Positions 11,918 to 23,400 of a stretch of DNA of 64,000 nt are shown piece after piece. Position numbers and translations under genes: made by a program. Origin of the DNA: Rebecca billardiae RCC1528 (taxonomy: Eukaryota; Protista; Haptophyta); the NCBI GenBank assembly GCA_965240325.2, contig OZ251232.1, positions 682,001 through 746,000 on the forward strand. Direction: 5' to 3'. Under the pieces are notes generated by a model. That model was not told where the DNA came from. It saw nothing but the letters and a program-made list of their open reading frames with translations, and ran no database searches. Within the stretch, counting starts at the first letter, position 1, and each line of letters begins with the position of its first letter.

Positions 11918-13168
11918 TCACTCGGTAGCCGGGGGCAGCGCGCCGCGGATGAAGACCTCCTCGTCCGAGCTCGGCTGCACGAGCTCCATCAGCCCGGCCA
12001 CCGGGCGCACGCCCACCACGCGCGCGCGCACGTCCACGTGCGGGCAGAGCGCGGGCACGAAGGGCACGAGCACGCGCTCGGCCGGCCGCGCTGGCGCCAC
12101 GGCGAGCTTGGCGCGCCGGCCGCCAGCCGCGCGCGCCCCGCCGCCCCCGCCGCCGCCGCCTCCGCCCTCGGCCGCCGCCCCGGCAGCCGGCGGGTCCGAG
12201 TGCTGCTCCTTCTCAATGTCGAGCAGGTCGTTGCCCAGCCCCGGCGAGCCCGAGATCTCCTCGGCGCACACCACGCCCACCACGCGCCCCGCGCGGCGCG
12301 CCGGGTCCGCCAGCGCCGCGACGTCCGCCTCGCTCAGCGCCGGCTGCTCCGCACTCGGCCCCTCGCCGCCGCCCTCCGCGCGCTCCTCGCCGCCGCCGCC
12401 GCGCGCCGGCTGCGGGTCGAGCAGCCGCACCTCGCAGCCGACGATCTGCGCGGCGAGGTACTCGTCGTCGGCGAGCGAGGCGGGCCGCTCCTCGGCGCGC
12501 GAGAACAGGCGGCACCCCTTGAGCGCGAGCGCCGCGTCGCGGCTGGTCGAGCCCTCGAGCACCACCGTGAACACGGCGCCCTGCCCGGAGCGCAGCGTGC
12601 GCGCGCGCGCGCCCGAGAGCAGCCGCACCGGCCGCGGCGCGAGCCGCTTGGGCAGCTTGAGGTAGCGCTCGCCCGGCGTGCAGAGGCGCTCGTCGGCGAA
12701 GTGCGAGTCGGACAGCACCTTCAGCTCCCCGCGCACGCCGTGCGCGTCCAGCACGCGGCCGATCTCGAGGAAGCCAAACGTTGCCGGGTCGTCCGGGTCG
12801 ATCTCGGAAGTATCCGGAAAGTTCACCTCGCCGCGCGTGCGGTTGGCGCCGGCGCGCGCGGGGTCGAGCGCGCGGAGCGGGTTGGCCGGGCGCCGCCGGC
12901 CCGCCTCCACCGGCGTGCCCAGCTCCCCGCGCTCGAGCTGCGCCCCAAGCTCCTCGTGCGCGCGGCTGAACTCGGCATACTTGTTCCGCCGCGCGCGCGA
13001 ACGGCGCGCGCCCCCCTCGCGCGGCGGCTGAGGTGTCGGCACCGCGGCGCGAGGCGCGGAGCGCGGCGATGCGGCGCGCCCGGCGACGATCGGCACCGGC
13101 CGATGCACGCGCGTAGGCGCCGCCGTGAGGAGAGCGAGTGCGAGCGCCTGCACAGGCCAGGCCGCCAT
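11918..13168 (-). CDS. rimM: Ribosome maturation factor RimM, probably plastid-targeted
   Basis: LEIGRVLDAHGVRGELKVLSDSHFADERL, SRDAALALKGCRL, DDEYLAAQIVGCEV, GNDLLDI and VLVPFVPALCPHVD. The N-terminus looks like a hydrophobic signal peptide followed by an Arg/Pro/Ala-rich transit-like stretch. Confidence 0.9.
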   Translation of the reverse strand: MAAWPVQALALALLTAAPTRVHRPVPIVAGRAASPRSAPRAAVPTPQPPREGGARRSRARRNKYAEFSRAHEELGAQLERGELGTPVEAGRRRPANPLRALDPARAGANRTRGEVNFPDTSEIDPDDPATFGFLEIGRVLDAHGVRGELKVLSDSHFADERLCTPGERYLKLPKRLAPRPVRLLSGARARTLRSGQGAVFTVVLEGSTSRDAALALKGCRLFSRAEERPASLADDEYLAAQIVGCEVRLLDPQPARGGGGEERAEGGGEGPSAEQPALSEADVAALADPARRAGRVVGVVCAEEISGSPGLGNDLLDIEKEQHSDPPAAGAAAEGGGGGGGGGGARAAGGRRAKLAVAPARPAERVLVPFVPALCPHVDVRARVVGVRPVAGLMELVQPSSDEEVFIRGALPPATE

Positions 13169-13348
13169 CGTGGACCTGACGGTGAGGCGGAGGAACGTGG
13201 AGTCGTGGACGGCAGGACCTGGCGGCGGTGGCGTTGATTTTCAATTTGGAGATTGATGAATGATGATTAGAAGAAAAGATGAATGGAAAGCTGAGCGCGG
13301 CCGCCTTGCCGCCGACAGCCGCGGCGCTGCGAGGCGCCCGTCCACGCA

Positions 13349-14710
13349 ATGCCGGCGGTCGCAGCCCTGCTCGCCGCGCTCGCGCTCGCGCTCGCGCGCG
13401 GCCCCACGCCACCGCACGCCTCTCCCACCGACGGCCTCTCCGCGTCGCAGAGCGCTCGCGCCGAGTCGGACCGCGCCCTCGGCGGCACGACGCCAGAGGC
13501 GAGCGCCGAGTGCCTCGCGCTGGCGAGCCGGGCGGATTGGCGCTGGCTGAGGGTGCCCACGACCGTGGCCGAGCGCGTCGTGGGCGCCATCGCGCTGGTT
13601 GCCGTCACCATCGCCGCCTTTGCGCTCGGCGCCCTGCTGCGGCGCGCGCCTCACAAGGCGCACGCCGCGGCGCTTCTTGCCGGCGCCGCGCTCGCGACGA
13701 CGGACGGCTGGACGGACGTGCTCCTCGCCTCGGAGTGGGCGCGGTGCGGTCACGCTGGGCTGGCCGGGGTCAGCCTCGGCTGCGTCGCGCTGCACACCTT
13801 CTACGCGCTCGGCGCGAGCCGGCACGAGGACTACGCCCGAGAGCGCGGCCTGTGGCTCTCGTGCGCGCTGCAGCTGGGCGCCGTGCACGTGGCGGTGGCG
13901 CGCGTGGCGCAGGGCGAGCACGTGGCGAGGAAGGGCGACGTGTTCATGCTCAAGCTGCTCGAGGTGGCGCTCGAGGGCGCCGCGCAGACCTACCTGCAGA
14001 GCTACATGCTGCTGTGGACCGGCGCGGCGAACGCTTCGGCGCTCGCTCGCTTCTCATGGGCGGTGTCTGTGGGCACGCTCGCGCTCACGCTCGGCGAGTA
14101 CGTGGCGGCGGGGCTGCGCAGCGCGGCGCGCGCGGCGGCGGAGGGCGCGGCGGGGCAGCCGGTCGACGGCGCGACGGCCGCGCCATCGTGGCCGGAGCTC
14201 GGCGCGGCGCGCGCGCTGCCCGCGTGCGGCGTGCTCAGCCGCGCGCTCGCCGTCGTCAGCTTTGGCTGCGCGTTTGGAGTGTGGCTTGCGCCGCCGCTGC
14301 TGGGCGCGTTCGGAGTGCTCGTGCTGCTCGTGCGGCACGCGGGGTACTCGCACATCGAGACGGCGCCCAGCTCGGCGCGCAAGCTCGTCCGCGCGCTGAT
14401 CGCGACCCTGCTCTTCTACTCGGGCGCGCCGCTCCTCGTGCTGGGGGACCCGAGTCTGCTCACGCACGCGCGCGGCGAGGCGCGGGTGCAGCTGTGGGGC
14501 GCGGCGGTCGAGGCGGCGCTGGCGCTGTGCGCGCTGTGCGCGCCGTCGGCGTGGCGCGACGCGCAGCCCGCGGGCGTGCGCGCCGGCGTGGCGTGTGCCT
14601 TTGGCGCGTGCTGGCTGTGTCGGCTGGCGGCCGTCGCGCTGCTGCTGCGCGCGAAGGGCCGCTTCGCAGCTCGGCAGCACGTGCCACTTCGTGAGTACGA
14701 GTACGTCTGA
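13349..14710 (+). CDS. XK-related multi-pass membrane protein (putative)
   Basis: Many hydrophobic segments. KLLEVALEGAAQTYLQSY resembles the XK-family E-x-x-P-Q-L-x-L-Q motif. Confidence 0.6.
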   Translation: MPAVAALLAALALALARGPTPPHASPTDGLSASQSARAESDRALGGTTPEASAECLALASRADWRWLRVPTTVAERVVGAIALVAVTIAAFALGALLRRAPHKAHAAALLAGAALATTDGWTDVLLASEWARCGHAGLAGVSLGCVALHTFYALGASRHEDYARERGLWLSCALQLGAVHVAVARVAQGEHVARKGDVFMLKLLEVALEGAAQTYLQSYMLLWTGAANASALARFSWAVSVGTLALTLGEYVAAGLRSAARAAAEGAAGQPVDGATAAPSWPELGAARALPACGVLSRALAVVSFGCAFGVWLAPPLLGAFGVLVLLVRHAGYSHIETAPSSARKLVRALIATLLFYSGAPLLVLGDPSLLTHARGEARVQLWGAAVEAALALCALCAPSAWRDAQPAGVRAGVACAFGACWLCRLAAVALLLRAKGRFAARQHVPLREYEYV

Positions 14711-14782
14711 CGAGTGACGCGATGCCGAGACTGATGAGACTCGGAGTCTGAGGAGACTGACGATCGTCATCGTTCGATCGTC

Positions 14783-14906
14783 ATGGCCCGCGGTGCAGGG
14801 CGGAGCGCGTAGCGAGTGGAGCCCCGCCGGGGGCCCTCACTACGTTATTGTCAAAATAAAGATCTTTTGATCAAAGAAAAGGGGACGGGGGACGATTTTG
14901 AGGGCT
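14783..14906 (+). repeat. Dispersed repeat, copy 2
   Basis: Homologous to 10030-10170. Its last 34 bp form an inverted repeat with 16480-16513. Confidence 0.8.
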
Positions 14907-15120
14907 AGCCGTTGGAGGGTGAGGGTACCCGCCTGCGGGATGGCGACGGCGTTCTCGGCAGCGACCTGACAAAGCGCGGGCGGTGCTGGGCCAGCTGGGG
15001 TGCTGCAACCGTGCCGCAGCTGCGCCCCGCCATCCGCCATCACCCGCCGCCAACATCCACCGGCGGCCTGGCCGAAGGAAGCCAGCCGCACGCGACAGCG
15101 CACGCGCTCCGCGCGAGTCC

Positions 15121-16361
15121 CTACGCGGCCTTGGGCTTGCGCGGGCCGCTAGCGCCGTCGCCGGCGTGCAGCGCGCCGCGCGACTGCTCCGCCGCCGCGC
15201 GCTCGCGCCACGGCAGCGCGGGCGGGCGCAGCCAGCGCTCGAGCTTGTACGCACTCACGAGCAGGGAGAGGAGGACGACGAAGATGCCGCGCTTCCACAC
15301 GGGCTTGTCGAGCGTGCTGCGGTCGAGCGCGAGCGCGTCGAGCTCTTTGAGCTCGGCCTCGCCCAGACTCCAGCCGAGCGCCGAGGCGGCGCTGTGCACG
15401 TGCTGTGCGCTCTTGCAGCCCACCAGCGGGACGGCGCCGCGCGACACCGCCCAGTTGATGCACACGGCGGCCATGCTGACGCCGTGCGCCTGCGCCGAGG
15501 CGTGCACGCGCGCGCGGAGCGGCGCGAGCTCGTCGTAGCTCGTCCGCGCCATCCGCGTCATCCGGATCGCGCCGACGCGCTCGCGCGTGAGCCCGTCAGC
15601 CAGCAGCCCCTGGCCGAGCGTGCCGTACGCCATGATGCGCACGCCCAGCTCGTCGCACGCGCGCTTGGTCTCGCGCAGCGCGGCCGAGTTGTACGAGAGG
15701 AGGGAGAAGTGGATCTGGTTGGCGGCGAGCGCGCGGCCGCGCGCCCTCGCCACCGCCGCCGCGCGGCGCACCTGCGCGGCGTCACAGTTGGACACGCCCA
15801 CGTCCTGCACCAGACCGAGCTCGGCCGCGTCGCACGCGCCGTGCATCCACGTCTCGATCGGGACCGGGTGCACCGGCGAGTGGATGAGGAGGAGGGCGAT
15901 GGGGTGGCCGCCGAGCCGGGCGAGCATGTCGCGGGTGGCCTGCACGACCGCCCCGCGCGTGAACCGCCACGCAGTCGGCAGGAACTTGGTGCACACCGCG
16001 ATGGGCGGCGCGGCGCCGTCGGGGCGCGCGGCCGCGCGCCGGTCGAGCACGTCCCGCACGCGCTCCTCCGAGCTGCCTCCGCCGTAGCCCTCGGCGCTGC
16101 GCACGCCGCGCCCGCCGCGACGCGCCGCGAGAGGGGAGGGCTCAGCCTCTCGCGCGCGTCCGCGCAGCGCGCTCGGCGCCGCGGCGCCCACCTGTCAAAG
16201 AAGGCGATGCCGTGCTCGTCCATCGCGGCGACGACCGCGTCGACGGCGTCGTCGGAGAGGGCGCCGCGGTTGAGCTTCTCGTCCAGCCAGCAGGTGCCCC
16301 ACTGCATCGTCCCCGCGCAGAGGGGCTGCTTCAGGCGGATGGTGCCGATGGACGTCGCCAT
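15121..16361 (-). CDS. Aldo/keto reductase; predicted intron 16097-16191
   Basis: GTMQWG, spliced FFD-SAEGYGGGSSE (catalytic D/Y), CTKFLP, LLIHSP, VGVSN, NQIHFSLL, AYGTLGQGLL and PLVGCKS. Confidence 0.9.
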
Positions 16362-16479
16362 CGCCGCGGTCTCGGCCGGGAAGAGTCGGACGGCCCCAGC
16401 AACCGAGCGGAAAATAAAGCGAAAACTCACCGCCGGCCCCGCCGCGCCCTCAACCAAAGAAATAGAGGGGGTCCTCAAC

Positions 16480-16513
16480 AGCCCTCAAAATCCTCCCCCG
16501 TCCCCTTTTCTTT
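16480..16513 (-). repeat. Inverted partial copy of the dispersed repeat
   Basis: Its reverse complement AAAGAAAAGGGGACGGGGGAGGATTTTGAGGGCT is 33/34 identical to 14873-14906. Confidence 0.85.
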
Positions 16514-16909
16514 CGTTCACGCCACAGTAGTACTCTGAGACGCACTCACGTGTCACTTTGCAGCGGGCCGCAGAGCCCAGCTGGCACTGGTGGCAGTGGT
16601 GCAGTGCTGCGCGACACGCACTCACTCAGTCCAGAGGCGGAGGGACGAGGGTGAGAGTGAGACTGAGAGGCAGAAGCCGAAGTAAGTGGCGCTAGCGCGG
16701 CATCAGCACTCGCCGCGCCCGCCAATCGGCCATCGGGGTGCCGGGCGCGGTCGCGACGGGCCACGGGGCTCCTCACTGGCGCTTTCGCCCCCAGTAGTTG
16801 TTTGTGGACAAGCCCCTTGGTCGGATGTCCACGAGACCACCTCGCCAGTCACGTACCATCACGAGTTCATCCGTGGCTACCACCGGGGCAGTCAGCCGCA
16901 GCAGTGCTC

Positions 16910-17233
16910 CTAGCGCCACTCGATAGCCTTGTTGATGTGGTAGGCCGCCGAGACGCAGCCAATGGTGGCAATCATGCCAGCGGGGAACACCTTGCCCGTA
17001 GACAGCGTGCGAATCCCCATCGACGCGCCGAGCACGCTCCCGAGCACGCCTGCCGCACCGTGCCCTTCAAACTCAGCCGAGTTGTCGATCGCATTGCCAG
17101 AGGCGATGTAGCCCGCGCCGAAGCTCAGGCCTGCGATGAGCGACGCGCGAGAGCCCTTTCGGAAGTATCCCATGAGACCGCCGGCGATCATCACCACGCC
17201 CACCGCGTAGGCCGGATGCGCCTGGCCAGTCAT
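16910..17233 (-). CDS. TMEM14/FAX family small membrane protein
   Basis: HPAYAVGVVMIAGGLMGYFRKGSRASLIAGLSFG and GKVFPAG are characteristic; 107 aa. Confidence 0.88.
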   Translation of the reverse strand: MTGQAHPAYAVGVVMIAGGLMGYFRKGSRASLIAGLSFGAGYIASGNAIDNSAEFEGHGAAGVLGSVLGASMGIRTLSTGKVFPAGMIATIGCVSAAYHINKAIEWR

Positions 17234-17483
17234 GGCGGGCAGCGACGCACGGCCAGCGACACGGCCGCGAGAACCGATGAGCTTGCTGCGAGCGCCTGCG
17301 GCGAAACGGCCCGTTACATCTCACCGGACCTGTTCGGGCCCAGCACTTCGATGGCGTCCGTGCCCGTGCTCGGGGGGCATGGCCAACATGAGGCAACAGC
17401 ACTTCCGACGCTATCAAGTGCGCACGGCACATCGCCGTCGTGTTCATCGGTCGTCGTGAATGCGCGCGTCCTTCGCGTCCTCA

Positions 17484-20400
17484 TCAGTCCGACTTGGCAT
17501 GGCTTGCTGCTGCCTGCGCGCCGCCGTCGCTGGTACGGTCTGCGGCGTAATCAGTGCCGCCCGTGGCATCTGCGTCAGCGTGGCGCCGGTGCACAGCGAC
17601 AGTGGCAGTGCTGCTGCCGTCGTCGCCGGCACGCGCCCGCCACTTGACGCGCGCGTCGCCAGAGTCGTCACCGGCCGTGCCGCCGCCCGCGGCGTCAGCC
17701 CCGGGGCGCGGCGGAGCGTCGAGGTCACACAGCCGCTCGGCGAGCGAGCCCGACCAGAGCATGTGCCCGGGCAGCACCTCGTGCTTGAGCACGAGCGTGA
17801 GCGGCGTGATGGCGCAGCCGGCCGAGACGACCGCGCCCGCCTGCGCGAGCGAGCGCGGGCCGACGCACACCGCGCCCTCGCCGATGCGCACGCGGCTGTG
17901 CCGCATCGCGCCGTGGTCCACCACGTGCGGGAAGATGAGGACACCGTCTGCCAGCACAGAGCGCGCGCCCAGCTCGATGCTCTCCTGCTCCACCGGCGGC
18001 GGCACGTCGACGTAGGCCGACGCGGGCTCGGCCACCGACGCGCCGAGCGCGCGCCAGAGCAGCGTCATGAGCTCGGTGCCTGCGCGCGCGCGCGGGCGCG
18101 CGGTGGCGTGAGGGTGCGCGAGCGTGCGCGCGCGCAGGCCACGGGCGGCCGCACGGGGCGGCGCGCGCCTCGCCGCGTGCGCGCGCGCACGGCGCAGGCG
18201 CCTCCCGCGCGCACACCTCCGATCAGGTCTGTGGGGATGTGCGCGTGCAGCAGGCCCAGGATGGACCACACCGCGCGGTGCGTGCCGTGCAGCGAGTGCT
18301 CGCCCTGCGTGCAGCGCAGCGGGCACGGCGTGGCGCGCGCGCGCGCGCGACGCAAGTCAGCCGGCCGCGCGCGAAACCTCGCCCGCGCCGCGCCCGCTGC
18401 GGCGGCGCGCAGGCGCGCGCGGCCGGAGCGCGCCGCGCTGGCCGGGGGGCCGCGCGCACCGTGAAGCGCACGCCGGTGAGCGCGCGCAGGCCGAGCACTG
18501 CCGCGAGCAGCGCGCCCACCGCGAGCGCATACGCGAGGGCGATGCCGAGCGTGAGCGGCACCATCGCCACCGCCGCCCCGTGCGCGCCGTGCCGCGCCAG
18601 CGCGGGGCCGAGCACGGCGGGTGCGCCCAGCACGGCAAGCAGCCCCGGCGTGAGCCAGGTGCCCAGTGTGAGCAGCTGCGCGCCGCCGCCGGCGCAGAGC
18701 GTGAGGAGGAGCACGCGCCACGAGCCGCCGCCGTCGGCGGGCGGCGCGGCCGCGAGGCCGGGCTCCGCAGCGCCCCGGCCGCGCGACAGCCGCTCCAGCG
18801 TCTCAAAGTGCGACTGGCGAGATGCGCGCGAGATGCGCGCGAGATGCGCGCGCGATGCGGCGGCGGGCGGGCGCCGGGGGGGGGGGCGTCGGCGCGTGAG
18901 AGCGGGCGGCGCGTGCGCACCCAGGCCGCGCGCGGCGGCGCCTCTCCCCCGCCGCTGCTGGCGCGGCGGCGGCGCGGCGCCGAGCCCAATCTCGGCGCCA
19001 TCTCGGCGCCATCTCGGCGCCATCTCGGCGCCATCTCGGCGCCATCTCGCTCGCGCGGCACCGGCCCGGGCGGTGCGGCGCACCTTGAGACCGGAGTCGA
19101 GCAGCCGCGCCGGACTGCCCACCCAGGTGGAGCGCGCGGCGAGCGCGCGGCGCGCGGACACGGCGGTGAGCGAGCCCACAGTGACGTCGACGTCGGTCGC
19201 GGTGCCGGCGAGCATGTGCGCGTGCTCGGCAAGGAGCGTGCGCGCGCCCACGCGCACGGGCGCGCGCAGCGTGAGCGCGCCGCCGCCCCCGTCCTCCGCG
19301 CGTCCGCCGGGCGCGTCCGCGTCCGCGCCGCGCGCCTCGGCCGCGTCCGCCGCGCGCGTCGGCAGGAGCACCGCCCCCCAGCCCAGCCAGGCGTCGTCGC
19401 TGATCTCGACGAGGTCGGCGTCGGCGCCGACGAGCGTGCTCGCGATGAAGGCGCGCGCGCCGACGCGCGCGCCGAGCGCGCGGCTTAGCGCGCGGCTGAG
19501 CGCGCCGCCTCCGCCCACGTACGCGGCCATGGGCGCCGAGGTGCACAGCGCGTCGACCGCCCACGCGCACACCGCCTCGCGCGCCGACGGCCGGCGCACG
19601 CCCGCCCGCGCCTGCGCGCACAGCAGCCGCTTCGCGCCGACGGCGAGCAGAACGTAGGCGGCCCTCGACAGCAGCTGCCCGCACACGAGCCGGAGCGCGG
19701 AGGGCGGCGCGCGCGCGAGCAGCAGCAGCGAGGGCGAGGCGGACGCGGCGTGCGCGAGCAGCAGCGCGAGGTGCGCGAGGGCGAGCAGCGCGCACGCCGG
19801 CGGCGCGGGCCGCACATGCGCGCGCGCGGCCGCCGAGCGGCGTGGCGCGTCGTCAGGCGCGTCGGCGTCTGCGCGGACGTTCGCGTCGGCGTCCGCGTCG
19901 GCGACGGCGCGCGCGGGCGCGCCCGCCACGTGCGCGCCCGGCGGCACCGCCGTGCCCGCGAGCGCGTGCGACAGCGGCGCGACGGACGCGCCGGCGCCGA
20001 CGCGCGCGCCCGCGCTGAGCACGCTGCCCGGCCCGACCGCGGCGCGCGCGCCGACCGCCACCGCGTCGAAGCGCACGAGCACGCCGCCCTGCGCCGCGAC
20101 GAACCGATGCGCGAGCACGCACACGTCCCGGCCGAGGCGCGCGCCTTCGCCCAGCTCGAGCAGCTCGGGGTCGTCGATCAGCGCGGTGTCCACGATGGCG
20201 CCCGCGCCGAGCCGCGCGCCGCACAGCCGCCAGAGCGCGGCGCACAGCGGCCCGCCGCGCACCACCGACGCCCAGTGCTTCAGCGGCAGCAGCAGCCGGC
20301 CGGCGAGCCACCACCGAGCGAACGGCCACGACCACAGCCGCAGTGCCGACCCCGGGCGCAGCGGAGGCCGCACCAGCCTGCGCGCGGCCGCGCACAGCAG

Positions 20401-23400
20401 CACGACGCACAGCGCGTTCGCGCCGTGCATCGGCGGCAGCAGGCACAGCGCCCACCACAGCGGCCGCGTGCGCGCCACGTGCACGCTCGCCGCGTACAAC
20501 GGGATCGCACCCGCCGCGTGCACACAGAAGGCACACAGCGCGCACGCAAGCTGCACCGCTCGGCGCGCGGCCGGCCGCATCGGCGGCGCGAGTGTGGCGA
20601 GCTCGGCCGGCGGCGGCGGCGCGAAGGCCGCGCGCCGCTCCGCCGCCGCGGCGGCGTCCGCCGCGCCCGCGCCGTCCGCGCCCACCGCCGCGCCCGCGCG
20701 CGCCGCGCCCGCCTCCGCCACGCGCTGCGCGACGCGCGCGGCCAGCTCGCGCACGGTGTCCGCCGCGGCAATCTCAGCCAGGCTGAGCGCGATGCCGTAG
20801 TGGCGGCGCAGCGTGCCGAGCAGCTGCATCCGGCGGAAGGAGTCGGCGCCCACCGCCTCGCTGAGCGAGTCGAGCGGCGAGAGGCGCGGGCCGCCGCCGC
20901 CGCCGCCGCGCACGCCTGCGCCGCCGCCGCCATCCGCACCGCGCTCGGTGCGCTGCGCGCCGGTCAGCGCGCGCTCTGCGGGCGGCAGCGCGGGCGGCGC
21001 GGGCTCGGCGGGCTCGGCGGGCTCGGCGGTCTGGATGTCGAGGTCGGCCGCGAGCAGCCGCAGGAGGTGCGCCTCGAGCTCGGACGCGGCGGGCGCGCCC
21101 TCGGGGCTGCCTGCGCCCGGCGCGCCCCCCGCCTCCGCCTCGTCGCCGCCTCCCAGCCCGCCCTCCGCCGCGGCCAGCGCCTCAGCACATTCGCCAAGGT
21201 CGGCGTCGGCGCGCGCCGTCGCGCGCGCCGCGTCGGCGCGCGCGCGCCGCCGTCCGCGCGCGTCCGCGCCGTGCGCGTCCGCGCCGTGCGGCGGCCCGTC
21301 CGGCGTGAGCAGGTGCAGGCTGCCGTCGGGCATCAGCTGCCCCACCCAGCCCGTGCGCACACACACGCCGTAGTCCGCGTCGTCGTCGCGCACGAGTGGG
21401 TTGGAGGTGAGGGCGGGAGCGCACGCGCTCGGCTCAGAGGCGCCGGGCGGCGCCGACGCGGGCGGCGGCGGCGGCGGCGAGGCGGCCGCCGCGCTGGGAT
21501 CGGCGGCGGCGCCGGCCGCGCCCGGCGCGTCGCGCTCGCGCGCGCCCTCGCCGCCCGCCGCCGCCCGCTGCTGCCCCCCCCCCACCCGCGCCCGCCGCCG
21601 CTCCCCCCACGCCCTGCGCAGCTGCACACTCGCGACGTGAACAAATCCGGCCGCGCCGCTCGGCACCGGCCTGCCAAACCCGTCGAGGACGTACACGCAC
21701 ACGCCGGGGAGCGCGCGGCCCGCGCAGCCGGCGGAGACGTGCGTGCGCTCCGCCTCGTCCGCCTCGGCGCCGAGGTCCGCCGCCGCGGCGAGCGAGGCGA
21801 GCGGCGCGCGCCACACGCCGACCAGGCTCGCGCCGCGCGCGCGCCAGCGCGCGCACGCGTGCGCCGGCGGCCGCCCTTCGACCCAGAGTCGCTCCACGGC
21901 GGGCAGCGCCTCGGGGGCGAGCGCGGCGGCGGCGCGCGCGCGCAGCGAGAGCCAGCGCGCGCCGTGCGCGCGCGCGTGCGCGCACAGCGCCTCGGCGCCG
22001 CACGCCGCGCGCGCCGCCTCCGACTCGTGCACGAGCGCGCTCGCGCCGCGCGCGAGCGCCGCGGCCGCCATCTCGATGAAGGGCAGCGAGGGCCAGGCGT
22101 GAGCGAGCAGGGCGCACGCGTACTCGGAGGCGTCGGCGGCGTCGGCGGCGGGCGCGCGCGCCGCGCCGCGCATCGGGAGCAGCTGCCGGCAGTTGCGCGC
22201 GGCGTTGCCCAGCGCGGCGTGCGTGACGCAGTGCCACGCGCCCCGCTGCCACAGCCGCAGCGCGGGCGCGCGCGGCGCGGGCGGCCGCACGCGCGCCGCC
22301 TCCGCTCCGAGCGGCGCGGCGGCCCCGCTGCCCTGCGCGCCCGCGAGCAGGCTGCCATCCGGCGAGAGCTCGAGCGTGCAGCCCGGGGGCGCGCCCCCTC
22401 CGCCGCCGTCGCCGTCGGCCGCGGCCGCAGCCGCCGTCTGGCGCACGCGCAACAGCGCAGCGCCGGGCGGCTGCGCGCGCGACAGCGCGTCCGCCCGCGG
22501 CTCGTCCTCGCCCCGCGGCCCCGCCGCGCCCTCGGCGCGCGGCTCGCTCGCGCGCGGTGGCCCGCCGCCCAGCTGCACGACGCAGCCCGCGCGCAGCACG
22601 CCGAGCAGGCCGACCAGCCCGGCGCCGGCCGAGCGCGCTTCGAGCGCCACGACCGGCGGGGTGGCGGCGCCGTCGGCCGCGTCGCCGCCGTCGGCCGCGA
22701 CGCCGCCGCCGCCGGCGGGCTCGGCCCCAGAGCCCACGGGCGGCGCCGTGCCGCTCGGCGCGCGCGAGCCGAGCGCGGCGCGCACCGCGGCGGCGAGCGC
22801 GTTCGCGCGCGCGTCGAGCTGCGCGTAGCTCAGCGCGAGCGCGGCACCGCCCGGCCCGGCTCCGTGCGCGCGCGCGAGCACGATCACAGCGCTGCGCTCG
22901 CCCGCGGCGCGCGCCTCCGCCGCGTCGGGCGCGTCGGGCGCGTCGACGCACGCGGCGCGCGCCCATGGCAGCGCGCCGACCGCGCACGCCTCGGGCGCCA
23001 CCGGCCTGTGCGCGGCCGCGGCCGCCGCCATCGCCTCGGCGGGCTGCAGCAGCGGCTGGCGCAGCAGCGGGCGCGACGGCCGCTCCGCCACCGCTCGCAG
23101 CAGCGTGACGTAATGGCCCGCCATGCGCCGCATCACGCGCGCGTCGTACAGCTCCTGGTGGAACTCGAGCGAGCCCGAGGCGCGGCCGTCGGCGTGCATC
23201 TTGAGCTCGAGCTTGAGCTCCAGGTCGAAGCCGTTGCGCACGCTCGGCGCCTCCACGGGCTGCGCGGCCAGCCCGGGCGCCGTTTCGTACCGCCACTGCT
23301 CCACGTTGAAGTAGATCACGCGGCCGCGCCGCGCGCTGCCGCGCCGCCAGCCGTCGAGCAGCCGTGCGAAGAAGGGGGACGAGTGCTCGAGCCCGAAGAG

